Notes: generated from the sequence alone by a model not told the origin. 64,000 bases of DNA from Desulfosporosinus sp. (GCA_020692355.1 JAIMKP010000012.1:5724-69723), one strand, 5' to 3'; positions 40,173 through 49,211 are shown, counted from the stretch's first letter. Program-made: numbers and translations.

Positions 40173-40293
40173 TTTATCTAATCGTAAGACTCCCACTTCT
40201 ACAAGTGGGAGTGGGTCCCCCATACTCTGCTTCGGTGGGGGTAGACTCCCCCACCGAAGTCTCGATGTTCAGCTTGAGCTGAACGAGTTCACT
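40173..40293 (-). repeat. copy D (divergent) of the three-hairpin intergenic element
   Basis: All three hairpins are retained and the linker has diverged. The stem base pair A-T is replaced by G-C in the GTTCA(A/G)C hairpin. Confidence 0.85.
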
Positions 40294-40396
40294 GATGTTT
40301 GATGTTCAGATCCCGTAGCTTGGAAATGCTCTCAGTTATAGTATACCACGAGAAAAAAGAGGGATGCCAGCTTGTCCACGCTGAACATTTGGACGA

Positions 40397-40933
40397 TTAG
40401 AAGACTTTGCTCACAATCCAAACGGAAACGATAAACCCCACAAAATCCGCGATAAGCCCCAATTTAAGAGCATAGCGGTATTTGCGAATCCCAACCGAAC
40501 CAAAATAGACCGTCAGCACAAAAAAGGTAGTGTCTGTGCTCCCCTGCAGGGTGGATGCCAAGCGCCCAATAAATGAGTCCGGACCATACTGATAAATAAG
40601 CTGAGTGGCAACTCCCAAAGCTCCCGAACCGCTCAACGGACGCATGACAGCAAGCGGAATAATGGCTGTTAAATCTGGGTTTAACCCGAAATGAATTAGA
40701 ATCGGACGCAAGAATCGGGCGATCAATTCCAGCGCTCCCGAATCAATAAACACGCGAATGGCCAGGAGCATGCCGATAAGAAAAGGAAGGATGCGCACGC
40801 CCGTTTTAAACCCTTCCTCAGCTCCTGTCACAAAGGACTCATAAACAGGAACCCGTCGTATGTAGGCGACCACAGGTATCAGCAGAAACAGAAGCGGAAT
40901 TGCCCAGCGTGAGACTTCGGCTATCAGTTTCAC
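40397..40933 (-). CDS. spmB: spore maturation protein B
   Basis: Nucleoside-recognition-type membrane protein. GTG start overlaps the spmA stop (GTGA). Confidence 0.8.
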   Translation of the reverse strand: MKLIAEVSRWAIPLLFLLIPVVAYIRRVPVYESFVTGAEEGFKTGVRILPFLIGMLLAIRVFIDSGALELIARFLRPILIHFGLNPDLTAIIPLAVMRPLSGSGALGVATQLIYQYGPDSFIGRLASTLQGSTDTTFFVLTVYFGSVGIRKYRYALKLGLIADFVGFIVSVWIVSKVF

Positions 40934-41511
40934 AACCGCTCTCGCCGCCGAAAAAACTGATCGGCCACGATGGCCGCCACCATGGCGCAACCTGTGGCAA
41001 CAATCGTCGTTCCGATGATCTCCGTCGGGTTCGCTGACTGGGCTTTCAGCCTCACCCCGATGATCGTCGCCGGAACCAGGGTGAGCGCCGAGGTGTTCAA
41101 GGCAAGAAAGGTGCACATCGCCGGGCTCGCCGTATCGGGATGAGGATTTTCCTTCTGCAGTTCCTGCATGGCCTTGAGACCAAAGGGAGTCGCCGCATTC
41201 CCTAAACCCAGAATATTAGCGCTTAGGTTCATGATGATCGCGCCGAGAGCCGGGCTGTCGGGCCGGAGCGTCGGAAACAAACGGCGGATCGCCGGACCGA
41301 ATACCCGAGCTAACGCTCTGACCAGCCCAGCCTCCTCCGCCAACCGCATCAAGCCCAACCAAAGGCTCATCACTCCGATCAATTCAAAGGCTACCTCAAC
41401 CCCCAATTCGGCAGCTTTCATCGCGGAGACTGTTACCGTTTCAATCCGCCCTGTTACCGAAGCCACGAGGATTCCGGCGGCCAGCATAATAAGCCAAATG
41501 AGATTGAGCAT
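40930..41511 (-). CDS. spmA: spore maturation protein A
   Basis: Start at MLNLIWLIMLAAGI. The paired spmA/spmB arrangement matches other sporeformers. Confidence 0.8.
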   Translation of the reverse strand: MLNLIWLIMLAAGILVASVTGRIETVTVSAMKAAELGVEVAFELIGVMSLWLGLMRLAEEAGLVRALARVFGPAIRRLFPTLRPDSPALGAIIMNLSANILGLGNAATPFGLKAMQELQKENPHPDTASPAMCTFLALNTSALTLVPATIIGVRLKAQSANPTEIIGTTIVATGCAMVAAIVADQFFRRRERL

Positions 41512-41593
41512 CTTCACACCCCCTCGTCTCAATTTATGATTGAAACGAAAGGAATAGACTTTTAAAGGGAATCACTCTCCTGGCTGTCTCAGC

Positions 41594-41624
41594 GAAAAAG
41601 GCACTTCAGCTGTTTGAAGTGCCC
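41594..41624 (-). terminator. intrinsic terminator after ytfJ
   Basis: The minus strand reads GGCACTTCA-loop-TGAAGTGCC followed by TTTTTCG. Confidence 0.55.
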
Positions 41625-41636
41625 CTCACGCTTTAC

Positions 41637-42071
41637 TCACTCATCCATGATCATAACATCGTCTTGCCCACTCTTTTTCTTAAACATACCTGAAATCTTA
41701 TCAATGAGATCCGGCACCGTATCAATGACCCGCTCAATCACCGCGTTGCTGTCCACTGGAAGGAGACGGATCTGCCCATTCCCAACCACGAGAAAGCCCA
41801 CCGGCTGCACAGAAACCCCGGCGCCGGAACCCCCGCCAAATGGCAACGTTTTCCCTCCCTTGTCTTCCCCTTGGCCATCCTCTTTGCTGTCTTCCGGCGG
41901 TAGAAACTCGCTTCCCCCAGCCGCAAAACCACAGGCCACACGCGATACAGGGATGATCACCGAACCATCAGTTGTTTCCACCGGATCCCCCACAATCGTA
42001 TTCACATCCACAATCTGCTGGATGCTTTCCATGGCCGTCTTCATTAATGCTTCAATCGGATGGTTTCCCAT
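41637..42071 (-). CDS. ytfJ: sporulation protein YtfJ (GerW family)
   Basis: Conserved IVGDPVETTDGSVIIPVSRV and GGGSGAG motifs. Confidence 0.8.
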   Translation of the reverse strand: MGNHPIEALMKTAMESIQQIVDVNTIVGDPVETTDGSVIIPVSRVACGFAAGGSEFLPPEDSKEDGQGEDKGGKTLPFGGGSGAGVSVQPVGFLVVGNGQIRLLPVDSNAVIERVIDTVPDLIDKISGMFKKKSGQDDVMIMDE

Positions 42072-42075
42072 CGTT

Positions 42076-42723
42076 CTACCCCCTTTTTTCCAGCCGCAAT
42101 ACCCGAATTAAATCAATTCCTGCAAGAATAATATGGCCGATGCGCAGCCGGAATATGCAGTGAAGATCACAAGAAAAACCCGGTGTTTGAAAACGGGGCA
42201 CCACATTAATCAGGGGCTTTGGAATCTCCATCGTGATCTGGCGATAAAGCCTGGCGACAGACACGCCGAGCGCCGCCCAAAACGCTCCAGCGGCCAACGC
42301 CGTATGCACCGGATCCTTGTACCCGATCTCAAGCTCCCACTCTAAGACCGTACAGTGGATTTTCCGGTAGAGCCTGGCTTTGATCCGACTCAGACGCAAG
42401 AAAATGTGATTGAGATGCGGCCAGATATGTAGGAAAAATCTCCAGTGCACATAGCGCATGCGGACTTCGGTTTTCGCTTGCGTCTGCCCCGTACCGGAGC
42501 GCGCCACCTGCTCCAAATCCATGACAGGGCCTTTTTCCCACTCCAGCTGCAGGGTCGGGACTTGAAATTCAAACCGCCACAACCCTGAGAGAGCGCGCAA
42601 ATGGATCTCCAAATGATCCTTCTCTTCTTTCCGCCGGTAGCGAAAATCCACTTCCGCCCGAATAAGAAAGCTCAAGACAAGCCAAACTACAAGGGCTAAA
42701 AAAAAGGCCAGCATTCGCACCAA
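42076..42723 (-). CDS. DUF2953-type sporulation-associated membrane protein (YtfI-like)
   Basis: N-terminal TM segment. Position directly upstream of ytfJ matches B. subtilis ytfI-ytfJ. Confidence 0.55.
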   Translation of the reverse strand: MVRMLAFFLALVVWLVLSFLIRAEVDFRYRRKEEKDHLEIHLRALSGLWRFEFQVPTLQLEWEKGPVMDLEQVARSGTGQTQAKTEVRMRYVHWRFFLHIWPHLNHIFLRLSRIKARLYRKIHCTVLEWELEIGYKDPVHTALAAGAFWAALGVSVARLYRQITMEIPKPLINVVPRFQTPGFSCDLHCIFRLRIGHIILAGIDLIRVLRLEKRG

Positions 42724-42845
42724 ATCACCCCGTTAACAGAGGCTGACAATTCCTGCCTCAGAATACTAAAAGGTTAAGATGCCCAGCTGAGCCTTTGTTT
42801 ATACCTTGTGATTTGCTAAACCGTACGTTTCGTTACGCCCTGCCA

Positions 42846-43370
42846 TTAAGCCTCGGACTCCGCCAAATTCAGCGGAGGCAGTTCTCCTAAAGATTTTAGA
42901 CCGAAATGAATCAAAAACTTCTCTGTCGTCCCGAACAGCAGGGGACGGCCTGGCCCCTCTTTACGCCCCACTTCTTTTAGAAGTCCTTTTTCAACCAGAG
43001 TCGTCACCGCCCTATCCGACTGTACCCCTCGCAGAAATTCAATTTCACCCCGGGTCACTGGCTGCTTGTAGGCAACAATGGCCAGCACTTCGAGCGCCGC
43101 ACTCGAAAGCCCTTGGGCTGGTTGTTTATACAAGGCTTCGATGTAGGACGACATTTCAGGCTTCGTACCCAAGCGATAGCCGCCATTGACCTCCAACAAG
43201 GCTAAACCAGATGCCGGTTCAGCATAGCGTTCAGAGAGTTCAGCCAAGAGTTCTGCCACATCAGGACATTCCATTTGCAATAACTCAGCCAGCCGCTCCA
43301 GATTGAGCGGCTCTCTGGCCACAAATAAAAGTGCTTCCAAGGCTGCACCTTCAGCCTCCCGAAAGAACAT
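42846..43370 (-). CDS. scpB: segregation and condensation protein B
   Basis: ALLFVAREPL and YKQPVTRGEIE motifs. Overlaps the scpA end. Confidence 0.85.
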   Translation of the reverse strand: MFFREAEGAALEALLFVAREPLNLERLAELLQMECPDVAELLAELSERYAEPASGLALLEVNGGYRLGTKPEMSSYIEALYKQPAQGLSSAALEVLAIVAYKQPVTRGEIEFLRGVQSDRAVTTLVEKGLLKEVGRKEGPGRPLLFGTTEKFLIHFGLKSLGELPPLNLAESEA

Positions 43371-44133
43371 TCTCTGTCTCCCCCTCCGCAAACTCCCAGG
43401 CCCGCGCAGCCGGAAATAGCACGATCTCGCTGCGAAACGTTGCTTGTTCAGCCCTTACCCGGCCGTTTTTTAATAGCTCTAATAGGGCCAAGAAAGCGAC
43501 GATGAGTTCCATACGGGCCTCTGTACGTAGGACTTGGCGTAGCCCCAGCCCCTCGGGATGCAGCAGCACCCGCCGCCAAACATCCTTCACCATCTCTTCG
43601 ATTCCGATTTCATCAGGCTCCAGCTGCCGGACTTCTCTCCCCTGTTCCGCCCGCTCAATCACATCGCGAAAGGCTTGCCACAGGTCGGCAAAAGATACCT
43701 CTTGAAGCGGGTCCTCTTTTTGGACATGGGCGAGGAGTTCTTCCAGATCCACAACCCGAAAAAAACGCTGCCCTGAACCCGTCTCCAGTGCCCCCAAAAC
43801 CTCGGAAGCCTGTTTATAAGCGCGGTAAGCTAAGAGGCGCTCTACCAATTCTTGGCGTGGATCCTCTTCGCTTAAGCCTTCGTCTTTTACGGGTTTCGGC
43901 AACAAATCATGCGATTTGATATAGAGAAGCTGGGCGGCCAAGACGAGGAACTCGCTCGTGATTTCCATATCAAGCGACTCCAGCCGTCGCAAAGCTTCCG
44001 TAAATTGATCTGCTATCCGGGCTATCGGAATATCATAGATATCCACCTTTTCCGCCTGAATCAGTTGAAGCAGCAAATCCAGTGGACCTTGATAAGCCGG
44101 CAACTCGACCATCGGAAGCTTCCTCGCCTCCAT
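43351..44133 (-). CDS. scpA: segregation and condensation protein A
   Basis: YQGPLDLLLQLI motif near the N-terminus. Confidence 0.85.
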   Translation of the reverse strand: MEARKLPMVELPAYQGPLDLLLQLIQAEKVDIYDIPIARIADQFTEALRRLESLDMEITSEFLVLAAQLLYIKSHDLLPKPVKDEGLSEEDPRQELVERLLAYRAYKQASEVLGALETGSGQRFFRVVDLEELLAHVQKEDPLQEVSFADLWQAFRDVIERAEQGREVRQLEPDEIGIEEMVKDVWRRVLLHPEGLGLRQVLRTEARMELIVAFLALLELLKNGRVRAEQATFRSEIVLFPAARAWEFAEGETENVLSGG

Positions 44134-44273
44134 CAGACGAGGCCCAAGGCATCCCGGACTTCCTTCAGCGTCTGAGCAGTCACGAGCCTAGCCTTTTCCT
44201 CACCATCGCTACTCAAATGCCCGATATGCAGGGAACCCGTCGGGCGCATCCCGCTAAAAATGCTTCCTTCCAT
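44133..44273 (-). pseudogene. trpS: tryptophanyl-tRNA synthetase relic: 46-codon in-frame fusion of the N- and C-termini
   Basis: Hand translation gives MEGSIFSGMRPTGSLHIGHL + SSDGEEKARLVTAQTLKEVRDALGLV*. The first half carries the class I HIGH region of TrpRS. The second half matches the TrpRS C-terminal helix (B. subtilis ..EGAERANRTANKMLKKMENAMGL). GAAGGAG SD upstream; the stop overlaps the scpA ATG. Confidence 0.7.
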
Positions 44274-44295
44274 ATTCCATCACTCCTTCGCCAAC

Positions 44296-44970
44296 CTAAC
44301 CGATCAACGGGGATAAGATAAGGTGGCCGATTTTATAGTAAAGATTAAAGAGAAAAACCACGGTGGGCTGCAGAACACTGCCCAAAATATTCGTAAATAA
44401 AACCAACACCAAGATAATCATGCCATAAGATTCAATCGCCCACAAGGTGCGGGCATAGCGCGCCGGCAAGAGCCCCGTAAGCACAGCAAACCCATCTAAA
44501 GGCGGAATCGGAATCAGGTTAAAGATACCTAAACCCAAGTTCATCCCGATGATGGCCATTAACATGATGGTAACGACCGGTCCCCACGTTGACGCTGCTA
44601 GCCAATGATCCGTCAAAAGCCAGGCGATCACCGCGAGGAAGGCCATGAACAAATTCATCGCCGGTCCTGCCAAAGCCACCAACATCCTCCCGCGCAGCGG
44701 CCCGCCTCTAAAATACGACGGGTTCGTCATCACCGGTTTAGCCCAGCCAAAGCGGTAGAAAAGTGCCATTAAGGTTCCGAACAGATCAAGATGGGCTAAT
44801 GGATTAAGCGTCAAGCGTCCCTGACTCCGAGGGGTGGGATCCCCTAAACGATCAGCTACCCAGGCATGGGCAAACTCATGAAAGGCAAACCCGATGAGTA
44901 GTGCCGGTACATTCGCAATCAGTGTTGTCAAATCAAATCCGAACAATGTTTTACCCCTTTCCCTGCTCAC
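44296..44970 (-). CDS. site-2 protease (M50) family zinc metalloprotease
   Basis: HEFAHAW HExxH motif within a TM segment; 224-aa multi-TM protein. Confidence 0.75.
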   Translation of the reverse strand: MSRERGKTLFGFDLTTLIANVPALLIGFAFHEFAHAWVADRLGDPTPRSQGRLTLNPLAHLDLFGTLMALFYRFGWAKPVMTNPSYFRGGPLRGRMLVALAGPAMNLFMAFLAVIAWLLTDHWLAASTWGPVVTIMLMAIIGMNLGLGIFNLIPIPPLDGFAVLTGLLPARYARTLWAIESYGMIILVLVLFTNILGSVLQPTVVFLFNLYYKIGHLILSPLIG

Positions 44971-47503
44971 GCTGAATCAAATACGCCGTCAAGCGCTCTT
45001 CCTCCCCGCGGTTTTGAACTTCCCCAGTCAGCCACCCCTGGCGAATTCGGGAGAGAATCCTCCCGATAAGCACACCTTCTTTAACACCTACCCGCTGCAA
45101 AACCTTGCCATCCACCGCCATGTCCATCTGGGCAAGCGCTTGGAGATAAGCCAACAATGGCTCCGCCAACGAGGGCTCAGTGCTCAAACATTCGATGAGC
45201 CAGCGGGCAACCTTCGCAAGCTTCTGATCCAGTTCGACGATGCTGTCGCTTCTTCCTGCTAATTCCTGACGCAAGCGAAAATACAAAAGGGTATCTTCCC
45301 GGAGTCCTCTGGGAAGGCGTAGCTTCGCCAGGACTTCTACTGCGGCCTGGGAATCAAACTGCCGCAGCGAACAAACCCAACGTTGGGAACGCAGCTGAAG
45401 CGTACGTTTTCCATCCACAGCCAAATTCCATGGGTAACGAGTCCCAAACCAGGCCTCCAAAACACCGGTCTTCTCCAGCATGGCAAGCATGGCTAAATAC
45501 CGCTCTTCACGGTAGATGAGCAAGAGTTCCTCAGTGAAGCGTTCCCGACTTAACTTCTCCAAGACCTTGTTTTCCAAGGCGGTTGCCAGCGCTTCCAGGG
45601 TTTCTTTCGCTAAATGGAAGCGATAGCGTTCAGCAAAGCGAACCGCCCGCAGAATCCGGGTCGGATCCTCAATAAAGCTTAATTGGTGCAATAGCCGAAT
45701 TTCCCCCTGCTGGAGATCCCGCACACCCCCATAATAGTCGACCAACTCACCATAATCCCCTGGGACCAGGCAAATCGCCATGGCGTTTATGGTGAAATCG
45801 CGTCGGAACAGATCATCCCGCAGAGAGGATGCTTCGACCTGGGGCAAGGCTCCCGGATAGTCATAATACTCCCATCGGGTCGTGGCCACATCAAGATGCG
45901 TTCCATCCTCAAACAGGATGCTGGCCGTACCGAACTGGGGATGAACGGTCAACTCCCCTTTCCCCAACCTCTGGACCAATGCTTCGGCGAATTGGGGGCC
46001 ATTTCCTTCCACCACAAAATCCAGATCCTGAGTCGCTGCCAGCAAAAGCAGATCGCGGACAAACCCTCCCACCGCATACACGAGCACGCCCTGCTCCCCG
46101 GCCGTTTCCCGCGCCGCCTCCAGGAGCTGGCGCACCCCCTCCGGCAGCCTCCCCAGGAGATCCAAGATATCCTCGCGTACGGCAAGGCTTCGCTCCCGCG
46201 CCAAAACCGGTTCAATCGGAACCGCACTCCCATGGATGCGCCTGAGCACATCCGAGCGCGATACTATCCCCACAATACAACCATTTTCGACGACAGGCAA
46301 ACGCCCAATATCATGCTGCACCATTAAGTGTTGAGCCACATCCCAGGGTGCATTCGCATCCACCATCACCACCTGAGTGGCCATGAACCCTTTGACTGGT
46401 GCATGTCCTAGCCCATGTTTGAGCGCTTTCTCCACATCCCGGCGGGAAATGATCCCGACTAAGCGCGCTCCGTCCACGACAGGAACCCCCGTATGCCCAT
46501 AACGCAGCAAAAGCTGCTCCACATCCCCAAGCTTCGTCTCCGGCGGGACGGTCTTCACAGGATGGCTCATAATATCGCTCACTAGACACGGCTCTTCAAC
46601 GCGTTTGGTAATCTCCTGCCGCAGCTTGGCCAGAACCGCTTCGATGTTCATTCCCTTAATGGTCGCCGCAGCCGCTTTCTCATGCCCTGAGCCGCCGAAG
46701 GCGGCGGCAATCTCATGAACCGGCAGTCCTCGCGTGCGCGAGCGACCGACCAAGTAAACCCGATTCTCCATCTTCACCACAAGAAACCAAGTCTCCGGCC
46801 CTTCTAACTCCCCGACCCGATGGGCAATCAAGGCCAAACCGCCGATATAATCTTCACACTCTGCAAAGGAAATATAGACAGAGATCGCTTTGAAACTTTC
46901 CGTATGCCCATTATCCAAGACCTTCTGCAGCAGAGCTTTCTGGTCATCGGAGAGCGGGCGGCTTAAGTTCTCCGCCACCACCCCCAGCTGTGCCCCCTGT
47001 TCGAGCAAAAAGGCCACCGCGCGCACATCACGTACCGTTGTACTTTCGAAGAGCAGGCTCCCTGTATCATCATAAATACCGAGTGCCAGCAGCGTGGCTT
47101 CAAAAGGGCTCAGTTTCAGGCTGAGCGACGCGATCTTCTCCACCAAGAGCGTTGTGCAGGCCCCGATGGCTTCGATCTGCATCCCCGGTTTCAACGGCCC
47201 TGCATAAGGATGGTGATCATACACCACGACCACTACATCCAGGCCTGCTGCCTTTTCCCCAACACTCCCAGCCCGTTTTAGATCATGGTTATCAACAAGA
47301 ATGACCCGGGTAACATCCTCTAAAGGAATGTCTGCCCCGGGCTTAAACGGGATCCGATCTTTGGCCAAGGCCAAAAACTCCTGAACATATTGCGAAGGTT
47401 TCCCTTCCATGACAATGACGCTATTGGGATATAGCTTCTGGGCAGCAACCATCGAAGCTAAAGCATCAAAATCCAGTTGACGGTGGGCTAGTATGATCTC
47501 CAT
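44951..47503 (-). CDS. multidomain DHH/DHHA1 - CBS pair - poly(A) polymerase/CCA-adding nucleotidyltransferase protein
   Basis: N-terminal DHH region, tandem CBS domains, then GGFVRDLLL..DLDFVVEG nucleotidyltransferase head motifs. Start moved to MEIILAHRQ. Confidence 0.8.
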   Translation of the reverse strand: MEIILAHRQLDFDALASMVAAQKLYPNSVIVMEGKPSQYVQEFLALAKDRIPFKPGADIPLEDVTRVILVDNHDLKRAGSVGEKAAGLDVVVVVYDHHPYAGPLKPGMQIEAIGACTTLLVEKIASLSLKLSPFEATLLALGIYDDTGSLLFESTTVRDVRAVAFLLEQGAQLGVVAENLSRPLSDDQKALLQKVLDNGHTESFKAISVYISFAECEDYIGGLALIAHRVGELEGPETWFLVVKMENRVYLVGRSRTRGLPVHEIAAAFGGSGHEKAAAATIKGMNIEAVLAKLRQEITKRVEEPCLVSDIMSHPVKTVPPETKLGDVEQLLLRYGHTGVPVVDGARLVGIISRRDVEKALKHGLGHAPVKGFMATQVVMVDANAPWDVAQHLMVQHDIGRLPVVENGCIVGIVSRSDVLRRIHGSAVPIEPVLARERSLAVREDILDLLGRLPEGVRQLLEAARETAGEQGVLVYAVGGFVRDLLLLAATQDLDFVVEGNGPQFAEALVQRLGKGELTVHPQFGTASILFEDGTHLDVATTRWEYYDYPGALPQVEASSLRDDLFRRDFTINAMAICLVPGDYGELVDYYGGVRDLQQGEIRLLHQLSFIEDPTRILRAVRFAERYRFHLAKETLEALATALENKVLEKLSRERFTEELLLIYREERYLAMLAMLEKTGVLEAWFGTRYPWNLAVDGKRTLQLRSQRWVCSLRQFDSQAAVEVLAKLRLPRGLREDTLLYFRLRQELAGRSDSIVELDQKLAKVARWLIECLSTEPSLAEPLLAYLQALAQMDMAVDGKVLQRVGVKEGVLIGRILSRIRQGWLTGEVQNRGEEERLTAYLIQREQGKG

Positions 47504-47569
47504 GCGGCTCCCCAATCTCCTAATAACAATGATGCTTGTATTATAACACAAAACCAGGATGGGGAATCA

Positions 47570-48529
47570 TCAAAGTGAACCAGTGTTGGCCACACTCCGG
47601 TCTAAATGCAGGGAACCTGCCGCCATGGAAATCTCCAAATCAATTTTCGTTTTGGCCTGATCATAACCAGGGCTATGCCAGTCTTTTTTATCTAAAAATA
47701 AGCCAGAACCCATGAAGTCTGTATTGCTGGCTACCCCACTCACATGCACATGCAATCCGACGGGATCCGGCACCGCTAAGGTGAGATCCGAGGCCCCTGT
47801 GTTCACCTTGACCTGCAACGGGATGCCCGTGTCCCCAAAGGCGAGGCGAAACTTGCTCGCTCCCGTATTCACCCGCAAACTATCGAGTGGAATTTCGCTA
47901 AAATCCAAATCCCCGTTGATCGCTCCGGCATTCAGTTTCACATCATAATGGACAGTGCGGTTCAAGCCCAAATCCAACCTGTCGCGTGATCCGCCTTTAT
48001 TCTGAGAGGAAAGCGTAACGTCCATGCGGTCTCCGGTTTGACAGCTTGCCAGGGAAGGCTGATCGGAGGCAAAAGCACTGTCCCAGCGATACGTCCCGGC
48101 CATTAAATACGCTCCCTCTTTCTGTGCAGTCAGGGTTTGAAGGTTAACCTTGGCCCCGCCCAAATTAAGATCGAGAGACGCCTTGGTGACGCCTGCCGGA
48201 AGTTGCACTTCAGTCGTCAGCACCCCACTTTCTTGTGCCTCACCGAAAGGCGTACGGTGCATCGGGAAATATCCATGAGGTATGGTCTGCGGGCCAAAAA
48301 CCAGAGAATACCCGGCAAGGACGAGCAAAAACACCAAGAGAACCGCGCTAAAGGGCACTTTCTTCTTGAAGAGAAAACTGATACCGATCAGGATCAGTAA
48401 AAGCGGCCAGAGATCCACCACACTCAGCCAAAAACTCCACGGTAACAAACCAAAATTGATCAGAAGAAAGATCAATCCTACGGCGATCAGTAAGAACCCT
48501 CTTGATAATGAGTCAAATAAATTTCTCAT
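47570..48529 (-). CDS. membrane protein with beta-rich C-terminal domain (LiaF/DUF2154-like, uncertain)
   Basis: Three N-terminal TM segments followed by a repetitive beta-strand region. Confidence 0.4.
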   Translation of the reverse strand: MRNLFDSLSRGFLLIAVGLIFLLINFGLLPWSFWLSVVDLWPLLLILIGISFLFKKKVPFSAVLLVFLLVLAGYSLVFGPQTIPHGYFPMHRTPFGEAQESGVLTTEVQLPAGVTKASLDLNLGGAKVNLQTLTAQKEGAYLMAGTYRWDSAFASDQPSLASCQTGDRMDVTLSSQNKGGSRDRLDLGLNRTVHYDVKLNAGAINGDLDFSEIPLDSLRVNTGASKFRLAFGDTGIPLQVKVNTGASDLTLAVPDPVGLHVHVSGVASNTDFMGSGLFLDKKDWHSPGYDQAKTKIDLEISMAAGSLHLDRSVANTGSL

Positions 48530-48641
48530 TTAAACACCCCCAAGGATTTTCTCTCGTCTTGACCGATAGAGCGCGCCATACCCCTTGCCTGCTATTATCT
48601 AATTCCACTCCTATTACGAAAAAGAAAGGCTTAATGTTGCA

Positions 48642-48765
48642 TTTTTTTTAAAGAAAACTTGGCTAGCGCCAAGCCTTACGGCGCTTTTGCCATCCATGGC
48701 AGCGCTCTAATCTCAAACGTCCTGTTTGAGTCGGCGACGGCGGCCGCTTAGTTGCACTTATACCA
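48642..48765 (-). ncRNA. candidate ~105-nt small RNA (extended -10 promoter to intrinsic terminator)
   Basis: The minus strand has TGGTATAAG (48757-48765), then three hairpins. The last is CTTGGC-GCTA-GCCAAG plus TTTTCTTT. No SD-preceded ORF is present. Confidence 0.25.
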
Positions 48766-48782
48766 CCCGAAATTACTTTGGT

Positions 48783-48817
48783 ATAAAACAAAAAGGATCC
48801 CTCACAAACGGAATCCT
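48783..48817 (-). terminator. intrinsic terminator of the 48867-49211 gene
   Basis: The minus strand reads AGGATTCC-GTTTGTGA-GGGATCCT followed by TTTTGTTTTAT. Confidence 0.6.
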
Positions 48818-48831
48818 TTCTACTCTTATTC

Positions 48832-48863
<32 letters not shown>

Positions 48864-48866
48864 CAT

Positions 48867-49211
48867 TTACATACTTTCATTAATCCGTTCCATCGCACTG
48901 TCCATATCTACTTGACTCAAGCCGAAATTCTTCTGCAGGCGAAAACTGATCGCATCCGACCAGAACGAACACTTTAAACTCATCTTCTTAAAGACCTTAG
49001 CCGAGGCTTTACTTTGTTTGGCCCTATCCCCGGCATTCGCCTGTACAATCGAGCAGATATAACGAGCTTGCAGCAACGCATCCTGATCCAGGTTTTCAAA
49101 TTCCGTGTTTAAGTAGTCAACAAGGTCTTTGTAATACGCAGAAAATCCTTCAATCGGCAGCTCTGTCTCTATGTGAAGGAACGTTTTTAGCTTTGCTATT
49201 AATTCTTCCAT
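48867..49211 (-). CDS. hypothetical protein
   Basis: 114-aa ORF with no family recognised. Confidence 0.45.
   Translation of the reverse strand: MEELIAKLKTFLHIETELPIEGFSAYYKDLVDYLNTEFENLDQDALLQARYICSIVQANAGDRAKQSKASAKVFKKMSLKCSFWSDAISFRLQKNFGLSQVDMDSAMERINESM

Noticed and set aside
40161-40223. N-terminal extensions of the longest ORFs: rluB to 40223, spmB to 41116, the YhiN-like gene to 33473, the membrane protein to 4265, sigF to 61029, spoIIAA to 60381, and cmk to 8853.
   Set aside because: The extensions overlap the upstream gene or the repeat element, lack an SD and add non-homologous residues. Downstream starts with good SDs reproduce the family-typical N-termini.
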